Shown: positions 26,231 through 38,151 of the stretch, piece after piece | How positions within the stretch are numbered: the stretch's first letter is position 1 | Layout: each line of letters begins with the position of its first letter | NCBI GenBank assembly: GCA_028826165.1 | Contig: JAPDFW010000081.1 | Location: 372,001 to 436,000, forward strand | DNA from: Anaeramoeba ignava BMAN | Lineage: Eukaryota; Protista; Anaeramoebae | Direction of reading: 5' to 3' | DNA: 64,000 nucleotides | Translations under genes and position numbers: made by a program | The notes under the pieces: generated by a model | Databases searched by the model: none | What the model was told of the DNA's origin: nothing | What the model saw: the letters and a program-made list of their open reading frames with translations, nothing else

Positions 26231-28392
26231 TTAAATCTTTTTGAATTTATCATTTTCTTTTATAAATGAAGTGATTTGATCCTATTTTAAAATAAAATTA
26301 AAATTAAAATTAAAATTAAAATTAAAATTTAAATTAAAAATAAAATTTACAAAAACTTCTTTTATTTTTTCAGTTTCAATTGCTTGTGTATATTGACAGA
26401 AAATTTTTCGATCAAGGTTTTCAGCAACTGAAATAAACTTTGATTTAATAAATTCTTTTGCTTTTTCTGGATCATTTCCATCTTGATAATCTGGAAAAGT
26501 AATTGAAGGATCTTGAGAAATTATTTTTTCATAAAATAGATCCATTTTATTGAATAAAATTATGCAATTTTTTTTCTTAAAAAAATCATTGTTAACTGTT
26601 TGTTCAAATAGTGTAAGTGATTCTATCATTCGATTTACAGATGAATCTTCATAAAGTGTTTGATCGAATTCATTTATTGCAATTACAAAAATTAGTGTAT
26701 CTACATCATCAAATTGATGAATCCATTTTTTTCTTTCAGAACGTTGACCACCAACATCAACAACACTTTAATATATAATATATAATATATAATATATATT
26801 ATTTAATATTTATTATTTAATATTTAATATTTAATATTTATATTTATTATTTAATATTTAATATTTAATATTTTATATTTAATATATAATATATATTATT
26901 TAATATTTTTTATTTAATTGATTTAATATTTAATATTTATATATAATATATATTATTTATTATTTAATATTTAATATTTAATTGATTTAATATTTAATTG
27001 ATTTAATATTTATTATTTATTATTTACAGCCAAGGAGTTTCTGCATGAATAAATTTAATATAATTTACTCCTGTAGTTGGAATTCGACAATAAAGCATAT
27101 CTTTTGTTGAAGGAACATAATTTGAATCTGAAATTCTTATTACTTCATCTAAAAAACTAAACAAATGAAAAAATGGAATTAAATCAAAATTTTAAAATGA
27201 TTTATTTTTTGGAAATTTTACTAAGATGTTGAATCAGGAACTTGAAATTGAGATCTTCTTGAAAATGCTTCTTTTAAACCTGAATCTGCCCATATTTTTT
27301 GAATTAATTTTCCTGATGTTTCATCAAGATCATCTTTATCAAGTTTTTCAATTTGTCTAAAAATTTCCTTTATATTTATATTTAGATTTATATTTATATT
27401 TATATTTATATTTATATTTATATTTAGATTTATATTTATATTTAGATTTAGATTTAGATTTAGATTTAGATTTAGATTTATATTTATATTTATATTTATA
27501 TTTATATTTAGATTTAGATTTAGATTTATATTTATATTTATATTTATATTTATATTTAGATTTAGATTTATATTTATATTTATATTTATATTTATATTTA
27601 TATTTATATTTATATTTATATTTATATTTATATTTATATTTATATTTATATTTATATTTATATTTATATTTATATTTATATTTATATTTATATTTATATT
27701 TATATTTATATTTATATTTATATTTATATTTATATTTATATTTAGATTTAGATTTATATTTATATTTATATTTATATTTATATTTATATTTATATTTATA
27801 TTTAGATTTATATTTAAAATAAAATACTCTTGTTTCATCTAAAACTTTAATATTCAAAGTCTCAACAATACTGATCAAAGCAATTGAAAAAAGAATAACA
27901 TTTTGTCTAATTGCAATAAAATAAGAATCTCTATCATCATCACCAAATCCTTTTTGAAATAAAATCATCATTTGTTTAATCAAAGTTGTTTTGCCAGATT
28001 CTCCAGTTCCTTTTAAATTCAAATTAAAATTAAAATTCAATTTAAAATTAAAATTAAAATTAAAATTAAAATTCAAATTAAAATTAAAATTTAATTTAAA
28101 ATTAAAATTAAAATTTAATTTAAAATTAAAATTAAAATTAAAATTAAAATTAAAATTAAAATTCAAATTAAAATTTAATTTAAAATTAAAATTCAATTTA
28201 AAATTCAATTTAAAATCCGATTCAAATTTAAAATTTAATTTAAAATTTAAAATTAAAAAACAAACCAAGAACTAAAATTTTAACTTCTTTTTGTTTTTCT
28301 TCAAAATCTTTCTCAATATAATTTTCAATTTTCTTATTTCTTTCAATTACAATCTTTGAAATTTTTTTCTTTTTAGATGAAGAACCACCCAT
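26231..28392 (-). CDS. Heterotrimeric G-protein alpha subunit, 6 exons
   Basis: MGGSSS myristoylation motif, LGTGESGKTT, RIPTTG, DVGGQRSERKKWIH, FNKMD. Confidence 0.95.
27370..27820. repeat. Intronic hexamer TATATT / TAGATT
   Basis: Tandem copies in G-alpha intron 2; source of spurious KY and NI ORFs. Confidence 0.92.
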
Positions 28393-28525
28393 TTTTAATG
28401 TTTAAAAAATATTTTTTAAATGATTAAAAAAAATAAAAATGAAAAAATAAGAATGAAAAAAAAATGAAAAAAAATTTTTCATTTTTTTCTTTTTTCTTTT
28501 TTCTTTTTCTTTTTTAAAAAATAAA

Positions 28526-30995
28526 ATGCAAGAAGCGAAAACTTTAAGACAAAAAAAAACAAAGAAAATTCACCAAATTTCAAGAATATTTATTAATAAT
28601 ATTGATATATTAATTCGTAATTATCTTAGACCGTTAGAAAAAAATCCTATAATTCAAACTCAAGATCAAATACTTTCAAAAGAAGATTTGCTTTCAATTT
28701 TCCGAAATATAAAACAAATTACAATTTTAGTAGCTGAATTTTTATATAAAATTGAATATCTATTGATGACTTGGGAAAAAGATTATAAATTTGGAGATCT
28801 TTTTGTCAATCTTGTAAATTAAATTTTGGAAAGTTTTTAAAAAAGAAATTAATTAAAAATTATTTAATTATTTGTTTGTTTAGAAAAATCGAATTGAAGA
28901 ATTTTTCACTTTTCAAAATTCTCAAAAAAAAGCACAACAAACGTTAACTTATTGTGAATCAAACCCAAAATTTGTTTCTTATTGTCAAAATATCCAAAAT
29001 AAAAATTCTAGTGAAGGATATTCAATGAAAGAATTACTTGATTTAGCTTTATATTTTCCATTTGTTTTAAATAAATATTCAAAAGTTGATAAAAAATTTA
29101 ATTGAAAAATTTAATTGAAAAAACTAAAATGTTTATTCCAAAAAAAAAATAATATTTTTTTATTTTATATTTTAGAAATTACTTTTAGTTACTGATGAAG
29201 ACCATCCAGATCATCAAAAAATTGAAGAATTCATCCATAATTTAGATCAAAATTTATCAAAAATTTTTCAAGAAGAAAAAAAGCAAAAAAAAAAAGAAGC
29301 AATTGAATATTTCAAAAAAATACAAAAAATACAAAAAATTTATCGCAAAAGTCAAAATATAGAGCAAACACCAATTCAAATAAATTCAAATCAAAATCAA
29401 AATCAAAATCCAAATCCAAATCCAAATCAAAATTCAAATCAAAATCAAAATCAAAATCAAAATCAAAATTTAAATCAAAATCAAAATCAAAATCAAAATT
29501 TAAATTTAATTCAAGAATCAAAAGAAAACTCTGATCAAATTGAATCAAAAAAAGAAAAAAGCAAAGATTTTGATTTATCCAATATTTCAAATACAAACAT
29601 TTTAGAAAATTCAAAAATAGAAAAAAAAACAAGTTTTAAACAAATTCGAGAAAATACAAATGAATTACATGAAAGTTCAAAAAAAATTATTGCAAAAATT
29701 CGAGTAAAATTAAAATAAAAATTTATTTGGAATTAAAATTAAAATAATAAAAATAAAAATAGAAAAAAGTAAATCAAGAAAGAGAAATTATTTATGAAGG
29801 ACCAATCCACAAAATTTCAAGAAAAAAAAAAGAAAAAAGACACTTAATTTTATGTAATGATATTATAGTTGTTGCAGGATATAGTTTAATTAGTAAAAAA
29901 AAATTAACAATTCACTGGGTTTTTGAATTGGATCAAATCAAAACTTGTGATTCAAATGAATTTATTGAAAGTAAATTCAATTCAAATAATTTTCTTAAAT
30001 GTCAAATTAAATGCAAAAATCTCATCATTTTCTTTTTTATTTTATTTTATTTTTCTTTTTAGATATTCCAAATTCATTTTCAATTAAAACTCCAAGTAAA
30101 AGTTTTATAGTTATGATTGATCAACCAGAAGAAAAAATGAAATGGATTTCTAAAATCAATAAACAAGTAAATAAAGTGAGAAAAGAAAAAGGAGTTCAAA
30201 ATTTGGAACGTCAAGAAGCTCCAATTTGGATTCCGGATGATCAAGTGAATGAATGTGCAATTTGTCATTCAAAATTTTCATTAGTTAAAAGAAGAGTAAA
30301 AGAAAAAAAAAATTTTTTTCTTCACCTTTTGATCAAAAAAAAAATTCTCATTGATCAAAATTTATTTATTAATTTATTAGCATCATTGTAGAAATTGTGG
30401 GAATATAATTTGTGGGAATTGTAGTCCAAATAAATGTTCACTCCCAAATATTTCAACAACTCCTAAAAGAGTTTGTAATTTATGTTTGGGAAATATTAAG
30501 TAAAATTTAAAAAATTTAAAAATTTAAAAAATTTAAAAAATTAAATTTATTTAAAAATCAAGAAAAAAAAAGGCTTTTGATGAGAAATTTAAAAATATGA
30601 AGGAATCTCAAACAGAAAGTTTAAAAGAAAGTCCAAGAAGAAAAAAAACAATTTTTGTTCCAGTTTTTGAAACACAAAAAATTCTCATTCCAAAATCTCC
30701 ACAAAAAGAAATGAAAAGAGAAAACAAAAAAGAAATGAAAAAAGAAATCAAAAAAGAAAACAAAAAAGAAATCAAAAAAGAAAAACCAATTTCTTCCCCA
30801 AAAAGAAAAAAATTTAATGATAAAAGTAAAAGTAAATCAGATGGATTTAATCAATTTCAACTTCAACAACAAATTGAACAAGAATTAAAAACAAAAACAA
30901 AACCAAAAACAAAACAAAATATAAGACAAAATGCAAATGTAAATTCACGTCAATTAGTTCGTTCATTTTCTTCAAATTCTTATCGACAAAATTAA
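28526..30995 (+). CDS. FGD-like protein: degenerate DH (RhoGEF), PH and FYVE domains, 7 exons
   Basis: YLRPL..IFRNIKQI, TDEDHPDH, IIYEGPI..LCND, WIPDDQVNECAIC..KRR|HHCRNCGNIICGNCS..RVCNLC. Confidence 0.87.
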
Positions 30996-31149
30996 AATTT
31001 TAAAAAATTTTATTATTTTTTTTTCCTTAATTTGTAAAAGTGGATGAATTTATTCTGTTCTCAAATAATAAAAAAACAAACTTTAAATTAAAATTTTTTT
31101 TTTTTAAATTTCATTTTTTTCATTTCTTTTCTTTTCTTTTTTAAATCAA

Positions 31150-31356
31150 ATGGATTCACCTTCTTTACACAGAAAAGTTTCAGAAAATACAATTAAAACT
31201 GAATCTAAAGAAATTGTTGAAGATGATAAAAATGATATTGAAGAAAGAGAAATCAAAAAAACGGATGGAAAAAATAAAAAAGGAAAAGTAGTTCATGAAG
31301 CAAAATCATATCCAAATTTACACACAGAATACACAAAAACAGAAAAAAAGAAATAA
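31150..31356 (+). CDS. Hypothetical charged 68-aa microprotein
   Basis: AAAATG start context, upstream TCATTT motifs, and coding-like composition between poly-T flanks. Confidence 0.65.
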   Translation: MDSPSLHRKVSENTIKTESKEIVEDDKNDIEEREIKKTDGKNKKGKVVHEAKSYPNLHTEYTKTEKKK

Positions 31357-31500
31357 TCTTTTTTTCCTTTTTGCTTTTTCTTTTTTTTTTCTTTTTTAAA
31401 AAAAAAAAATCTAAAAATAAAACCTTTCATTTTCAAGTTTAATTTCAATCAAAAAAAAAATTATAATTATTAAAAATTTTATTATTATTATTATTATTAT

Positions 31501-34500
31501 TCAAAATTTTAAAGATAAAATACTTCTGATAACCATTCTGAAAAATAAAAACAAAGCATAAAAACTTCCCAAAAAAGATCCAATAAAAAGAAAATAGCGA
31601 AAAACCTCTCCAAAAATAACAACTGAATTCTTTTCAGGCGAAATACCACCATAAGACCAAGTTGAATGAATCAAATCAATGGAAGAAATCAATGTGAGAA
31701 TAAGTAAAAAAGTAGTTTGGAGTCTGTTGTGATTTTTGAGTAAAAAGGGTTTTGTTTGAAGATGAATAACAAGAATAAGCAAACAAGTGGAAGTAAGAAG
31801 AAATGTTTTGAGAGAAGAGTTGTTTGCATAAGCGGAAGCGAATATCAACACAGTTCTCCAGAAAATCATCATGCAAGAAAACCAATAATAGCGATCTTTG
31901 AAGGGAAAATAAAGTGAACTAAGTAAAGTAAGTGATGATTTTGAACGAGGTTTTCGAGAAAGAACCCAGAACAAGACAAACGGGAGAACAGCGAGTAAAA
32001 TAACCAAAAATATCAAAAATGCTTGCCATCCTTTGTAACATGACACAGAAGCAAAACGGAACATTCTAAGTTGACTTGAATCAGTAAAAGGTATTCTTAT
32101 GCAAGATGTCAAGTTCGCGAATGCATTCAATACCGGAAAGTATGCAAGAAAACCAATTGTGAGAAGTGCAATCCCAAGTCTTTTTGTCAAGCGTTGTGAA
32201 GGAAACATCCGCACTTCTTGTTGTGTTGTTTTGAGAACAGACTCGAGAACAATATCTTCAGAAATGATCTTTTCAAGTTCGGGGAAAAGATGAATCAAGT
32301 TGTTAATATCAGGTTCCTCAAAATCGGAAAGATCCTCATCATTTGGCAAAGTGGAAAGTGATGAAGTATCTTCGCTCGGCAAATCTTCTTTTGAAATCCC
32401 TATTTGTTCTGCTCTCTGCCATTCAACCGCATTTATTCCTGATACACGTTGTCCTTCTAACTGTTGGAACTTTTCTGCTAGTGTTTTTGGTGTTTGAGGT
32501 GATGCGTTGCGATGCCTTTTGTTTCTGAAATTGCTAATGTCAGAGTCAGAGTCAATGTCAATACTGATATTTTTTTCGTTTTCAACCATGCGATTGACAT
32601 TGATATTGTTTTTTTCGGGATTGATTGAAATGCGTTTATTTCTGGGATTTTTCACAAAATGATCGAATTGACTGAAATGTTTTGAATGATCGGAAAGAGA
32701 AAAATACTGATCTTGATCATGATGATGTTTTGTGCTTTTTTTATTGTGAACATGACTTTGATGACTTTTATGACTTTTATGACTTTTATGATTTTGATTT
32801 TTATTTTGATTTTGATTTTGATTTCGATTTCGATGATGAAATTGACTTTGACGTTTTTTTTGGAAATGATTTAGATCAGAATCTTGATCACTATCACTTT
32901 TTTCTTGTTGGTTTTGATGTTTTCTGAAATTAAGAGAACGATGAGGATGATTTGGATCGATATTTTCTTGGATGTCTTCATCACTTGATAAACTGATTTC
33001 TGAGGGTTCTTCAGAGTCTGAATCTTGGTGGTGTGCACGGTAGCTGCGTATCCAGGAGATGAGACGGAGAATAAAGTAGAGGAAAATAACAGCAATAAAG
33101 AAAGTAAACGGACCAATAAGCGACATTGCGATTTTCTGTGCAGCATTTATTGGGGAAGCTGATGGACAAATACCGAAGTTCGAGAAGATTTCCAAGTTGG
33201 ATTGCAAAGAAACGAGCTGGGAAAAGGAGAGCAAAATGTCGATAAATGAATCCATTGGTTGTGTGTGAATAAGAGGAAGAACGAGGCTGAGCGCTTGGAA
33301 AAAATATGCAAAGATATGGAAGGACGCAGATTTAAGTTGAGGAATGTAGAGAAGAACAAGAGCATAGATAAGCGCTTTGGGAAGAAGCAGGAGAATATAC
33401 GCCGCAATTTGGTTGTGGCATTGGCTGGATTCAACGCAGTCGCTATCCATTCGAAGTGTCTCGGTATAGCCTTTGCGACAGTCTCCACAAAGAACACCAG
33501 CACGATTCCCAGAACAGTGATCATATTCACCGAGATAGGAATCATCGGTAATGCAATATTCATTTGGACAATAAAAAAAAGTAACATCTGTTTTTTTTGG
33601 ATCGAGTTGAGTGCCCCAAAATCCTGATTTGGCCCGAATATCGTTACCTCCACGACAAACAGCTTCTGCAGGACACATAAGACATTCTGCAGCTTCAAGA
33701 TTGGCGAGCGCCACAGGGAAGCTGTATGTTCCCTCAGGACATAAATGGCAACCGAAGAAGAATTGGTTTGCGAAATGATGTGATTCACCAACTTCGAGTG
33801 AGACAATACTGCTTGAAGGGCAGTTAACCTTGTTGTTTTCTGCAAGGTTGGGAGAGGTGTCTGTAAGAATCTGCACAAGTGTTTCGTCCTGATTAGATGC
33901 GTGATACACGGTATTGCAAATTGAGACGAGAGAGGTTGTCCGCGCAAACAAATCCACACATTGCTGTGCACTGTTATTTCGATACTCAGAGCCAGACTCA
34001 TTGAATGTGGATTTCCCCGAAAGATAAATAGCACCAGCATTTATTGCTGAGTTGCCTGTGAATATGTTATCTGTGAGTGTAATTGTGGAATCTATTTGGA
34101 AGTACAAAGCACCTCCGAAATCTGCGAAATTCTGCTCAAAAGTATTGGAAACCATGTTAATTGAAGATACTTGACTTGTGAGCGAGGAAGTCCCGAAGTC
34201 GAGAAGAAAACTAACAAGAAAACCAACAGTTCCTTTGTGTCCCTGGTTATTAACAAAGGTGTTATAGGAAATCTCGTATCGCATCTGCTCTAGAAGATTG
34301 ATTTGCATAGTAACTGCGCCAGCCTTAGCAATTCCAATGTTGCTTCCGAAATGGTTGTTCAGAAGATTGACCTTGAGATCCGAAGGGTTTGCAGTGAAAA
34401 TCTCAACAGCACCAGTTTTATTCCCGTAATTGTACTCAAAAGTGTTCAAAGTTATTGTTGTCTGGAATCCTTTGTTAATGAGCCTGTTATCGACAAAAAC

Positions 34501-35289
34501 TGCGCCATATTGCGTGCCTGTGTTGTTTGTGAAATTATTGCTGTGAAGATCCAACGGAACAGTGAGCATTGCATTGATAGCTTGAACACAAACCGCACCA
34601 GTGCTTCCGTTATTCCCAGTAAAATTGGATTGAGAAATCTCCATCTGCTCCATATCCCTGCTGCTCGAATTGGCAGCAACATAGATTGCTCCTGTTCCAT
34701 TGGCTTTGTTTGAGTTGTTAATAAATATAGAAGAATTAATGAAAACAGACTCGCTATTTTCCACAAATATGGCGGCGCTGAGTGAAACATCATCGGCATC
34801 AGAGTTTTTTTTGAGAACTTTGTTCGAAATGAAGCTGCAATTATTCATCTCGAGATTGCCGTTGATTATATAAATTGCCGCCCCTCGAGTCACAGGAAAA
34901 TCCTGAGATTGGAAAAGACAGTTTTGGAATGTGATTCCTTCGAATCGAACTGTTCCTGTTGATTCTGTATAATTGAATATTATCCCGAATCCTTGCCCAC
35001 CGCAATCAATTGTGGTTGATGATTCGGAAAAAATGTTCACAGTTTTATCTGTTGTTATGTTCCAGTTTCCTGGATCAGTGCATGGCTCTTGTGATAACCG
35101 AATAGTGTCGTTTTCTCCTGCTATTGAAAGTGCTCCACTTAGATCAGTGCATCTTCGTGCTAGTGTGTTGCATGTGTTGTTAATTTGTGAACGACAAGTA
35201 ACAATTATTGGTCGGCCATCTTCAAATTTTTTGGAATTGATTATGGAAAAAAATACTATAGATAATAAAATTGAAATTAACAATTTCAT
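31501..35289 (-). CDS. Surface protein with Pmp-like beta-helix repeats, Cys-rich region and multi-pass TM domain, intronless
   Basis: Signal peptide, repeated FxxN..GA(I/V), CxxCP and NRAGVLCGDC motifs, about 9-10 hydrophobic segments split by a long polar loop. Confidence 0.85.
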   Translation of the reverse strand: MKLLISILLSIVFFSIINSKKFEDGRPIIVTCRSQINNTCNTLARRCTDLSGALSIAGENDTIRLSQEPCTDPGNWNITTDKTVNIFSESSTTIDCGGQGFGIIFNYTESTGTVRFEGITFQNCLFQSQDFPVTRGAAIYIINGNLEMNNCSFISNKVLKKNSDADDVSLSAAIFVENSESVFINSSIFINNSNKANGTGAIYVAANSSSRDMEQMEISQSNFTGNNGSTGAVCVQAINAMLTVPLDLHSNNFTNNTGTQYGAVFVDNRLINKGFQTTITLNTFEYNYGNKTGAVEIFTANPSDLKVNLLNNHFGSNIGIAKAGAVTMQINLLEQMRYEISYNTFVNNQGHKGTVGFLVSFLLDFGTSSLTSQVSSINMVSNTFEQNFADFGGALYFQIDSTITLTDNIFTGNSAINAGAIYLSGKSTFNESGSEYRNNSAQQCVDLFARTTSLVSICNTVYHASNQDETLVQILTDTSPNLAENNKVNCPSSSIVSLEVGESHHFANQFFFGCHLCPEGTYSFPVALANLEAAECLMCPAEAVCRGGNDIRAKSGFWGTQLDPKKTDVTFFYCPNEYCITDDSYLGEYDHCSGNRAGVLCGDCRKGYTETLRMDSDCVESSQCHNQIAAYILLLLPKALIYALVLLYIPQLKSASFHIFAYFFQALSLVLPLIHTQPMDSFIDILLSFSQLVSLQSNLEIFSNFGICPSASPINAAQKIAMSLIGPFTFFIAVIFLYFILRLISWIRSYRAHHQDSDSEEPSEISLSSDEDIQENIDPNHPHRSLNFRKHQNQQEKSDSDQDSDLNHFQKKRQSQFHHRNRNQNQNQNKNQNHKSHKSHKSHQSHVHNKKSTKHHHDQDQYFSLSDHSKHFSQFDHFVKNPRNKRISINPEKNNINVNRMVENEKNISIDIDSDSDISNFRNKRHRNASPQTPKTLAEKFQQLEGQRVSGINAVEWQRAEQIGISKEDLPSEDTSSLSTLPNDEDLSDFEEPDINNLIHLFPELEKIISEDIVLESVLKTTQQEVRMFPSQRLTKRLGIALLTIGFLAYFPVLNAFANLTSCIRIPFTDSSQLRMFRFASVSCYKGWQAFLIFLVILLAVLPFVLFWVLSRKPRSKSSLTLLSSLYFPFKDRYYWFSCMMIFWRTVLIFASAYANNSSLKTFLLTSTCLLILVIHLQTKPFLLKNHNRLQTTFLLILTLISSIDLIHSTWSYGGISPEKNSVVIFGEVFRYFLFIGSFLGSFYALFLFFRMVIRSILSLKF

Positions 35290-35468
35290 TTTATTTTATT
35301 TTAAAAAAAAAAGAAAAAAAAGAAAAAAATGAATTTTGAACAACCAAAAAAAAAATTTATTTGTTGGATTTTTATTTTGATTATAAAAAAAAAAGAAAAT
35401 CTAATTGAAAAAAAAAAACACTTCATCAAATTTTTTAAATTTCAATTTCTTTTCAAATTTTATAAATT

Positions 35469-38072
35469 TTATGCAACATAAAGATAAACCATTTGGTTTT
35501 TTGGATCTCTTTCCATATAATCTCTTTCAATTAAATGTTCAATTCTTTTTTTAATAGAAGAGATTTCAACAGGAAATTTCAACTGTTTTTGCAATCTTTC
35601 AATTAAAGCATTATGTTCAAGAACTCTTTCAGCTTTCATCACACGAACAATAGCTGCATCAATTTGATATTCTCTTTCTTGCCAAATTCTTTGTTCAATT
35701 TGTTTATTTTTTTGTTGATTTTTTTTGACAACTAAAGATCCTACTTTGATTCTAAATAAAGGATGTTTGAATTCCATATTAAACTCGAATTTATCCTCAG
35801 GCCCGATAGCGCGTGATGTGGGAGTTTTTTTAAGCAAACATATCTTACCGAGATATAGACTCATCAGGGTCCGTTTGAGTTCTTCTTCTTGGATCCCAGA
35901 TAAAGTGGAGATTTCCTTAAAGGTTAAGAAAGTGGAATTGTTAAAAAGAAGTAGCACAACTGCCTGAAGAAGACTCACATCAAACTCCTTGCGCGAATCT
36001 TTGAATGATGCGCGGACAATACACCTACTGTGTTGGTGCTGCCATACTAGTTTGCGTCCGTTGTGTTTGGAAAGATAGAATTTCTGGAAAGCTTCCTTTT
36101 GGATTGCCAGTTGTTCTGGTAAAATAACTGAAAGCTCACTTGTACTTGTCCAATGGCCTTGTGTTAGTACTTGGAAACTTGAACGCGGCAATTCTGGTGA
36201 AATTTTGCGCACAGTTTGCTGAAATAAACTTGTGATTTCTTGTGATGTTTCGATATCATGAAACATCACCATAAATTTCTTTATTGCTCCAGCATTCATT
36301 CCATAAGCAACTCTTAATAAAATTGATTTTTCAAGTTCATTTGAAATTATTTTTTTTTGCAGAAATCTTTGAGATAATTTTTCTCGATAGAAAGCTTCAA
36401 AAACATCTTTTGCGTGATTGAGTTTGAGAATTTCAACAACTTTATCAATAGTCGAATTGATTTTGTCTTCTTTCATTTCTTTTTGATTATTTCTCAGAAT
36501 ATTATCAATATATTCAGTTAATTGCTTTGAAATCCCGTCATGATCCAAATTGAGGAAATCCTCAAATGCGGATTGAGCGTAGTGCTCAAAAACCGCATCT
36601 TTTTCAAACGAGTTTGCTATGATTTCATAAATGGTGTCTCGAAAATCCAGAATGTTTTTGATTCGATTTGAAATGTCGTTTTTGTTTTCAACAATATTTT
36701 TTCCATTGGCTGAAATTATCTTCCTAAACTCATTTCTCATAACTTCAAGTGATCCAATTCTTTTGAACATAAAATGCAATTTCTTAAGAACTTCTTGATC
36801 GTTTTTGTTGAGCAATTCTGCAAATCCTTTTTCCAGGATTTGAATTTCTTTTGATTTAATGAAATTCTGCTCGATTTGCATCGTTATTTGTTTTTCTGTA
36901 TTTTTATTTAAACAGGAGCAAATAATATTCGATTCTTGTTCGAAAATTTTGTTCACAATTTCAATGTATTTTGTGATTGTGTTTGTTTCCAAAATATTCT
37001 TGCTTTCTGTTGAAAAGTAATCATTAGATTGTTGAAGGAAATCTTTTTCAAAAGAATCTTGATATAAATTTAATTGAATGAGCATTTGTGAAGATTTACA
37101 AAGTAAATTTCGTTTATTTTGATTTCCTTGTCTTTCTTGCTGAATAATTTCTATCATTGCTTGTGTTATTTTACTACGAATTCCTGGGTTTTTTAGAAAA
37201 ATTTCCAAAAAAAGTTCAGATCCAAGTTCCCAAATTGATTTTGTTTCTGGATTGCTTGTCAAATATGACTGATCTAAATATAAAAACACTGCATGAAGTT
37301 GTTCCATTTGTTTGCAGTGTTGTCTCCATATTTTAGTAATCATTTGTAAAAATTGGAATTGATTTTTAGAGTTTGTTGAAATTTGGGAAAATTGGTTTTG
37401 TTTTTGTTTTTGGATTAAATTTGAGATCATTTGATATAATTTTGGTGATTTTTGAGATGAGCAAAGGATTTGAACTGCCTATTTTAATATTTAATATTTT
37501 AATATTTTAATTTTTTAATTTAATATTTATTTTAATATTTTAATATTTTAATATTTTAATTTAATATTTAAATTTAATATTTATTTTAATATTTTAATAT
37601 TTTAATTTAATATTTATTTAATATTTTAATATTTTAATTTAATATTTTAATTTAATATTTTAATATTTTAATATTTTAATATTTTAATATTTAATTTTAA
37701 TATTTATTTATAAAAGTAAAATACTCGATATAATTCTTCAAGTGATTCAGAAACTGCTTTATTTTGTGTAATTTCTAAAATTGAATTTTTTAATTTATTA
37801 AATAAAATATTCTCTTCTTTTTCTGTTAATTTATGATCTTTTTTAAAATTTTTTATAATTAATTCTTTTGGATATTTTTTTATTTGTGGAATTTTTGTTT
37901 TATTTTGTAATTTAAAATTTGGTGAAAGTATTAAATTTAATTGATTTTTTTTCTTTGAATTTGAATTTGAATTTGAATTGATTTTATTTTTATTGTTTTT
38001 ATTGTGCTTTCTTGTTTTTGTTTTTTTTAAATTTTTTGCAATGGGTGAATTTATAGTTCTTTTTGAAGACAT
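35469..38072 (-). CDS. CUL4: Cullin, CUL4-like, 2 exons
   Basis: LEELYR|AVQILC, FLYLD, KDVFEAFY, GRKLVWQH, YQIDAAIVRVMK (neddylation Lys), IKKRIEHLIERDYMERD, YLYVA. Confidence 0.85.
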
Positions 38073-38151
38073 TTTGATTAAAAATTCTTTATTTTTTTTT
38101 AAATTAAAAAAAATGAAAAAAAATGAAAAATGAAAAATGATTTTTTTCTTT

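Noticed and set aside
494-30995. Rho signalling cluster (RhoGAP, Rac, RhoGEF, G-alpha)
   Set aside because: These are large families in amoeboid protists and are interspersed with unrelated genes; no evidence of functional clustering.
32099-35332. Multiple overlapping and antisense ORFs in the Pmp-like gene (also within the ANK gene)
   Set aside because: Expected by-products of higher GC and repeat periodicity; no motifs or promoter context.
35469-38072. Cullin as the dedicated partner of the neighbouring BTB genes
   Set aside because: The sequence looks CUL4-like, whereas BTB adaptors use CUL3; proximity is probably coincidental.
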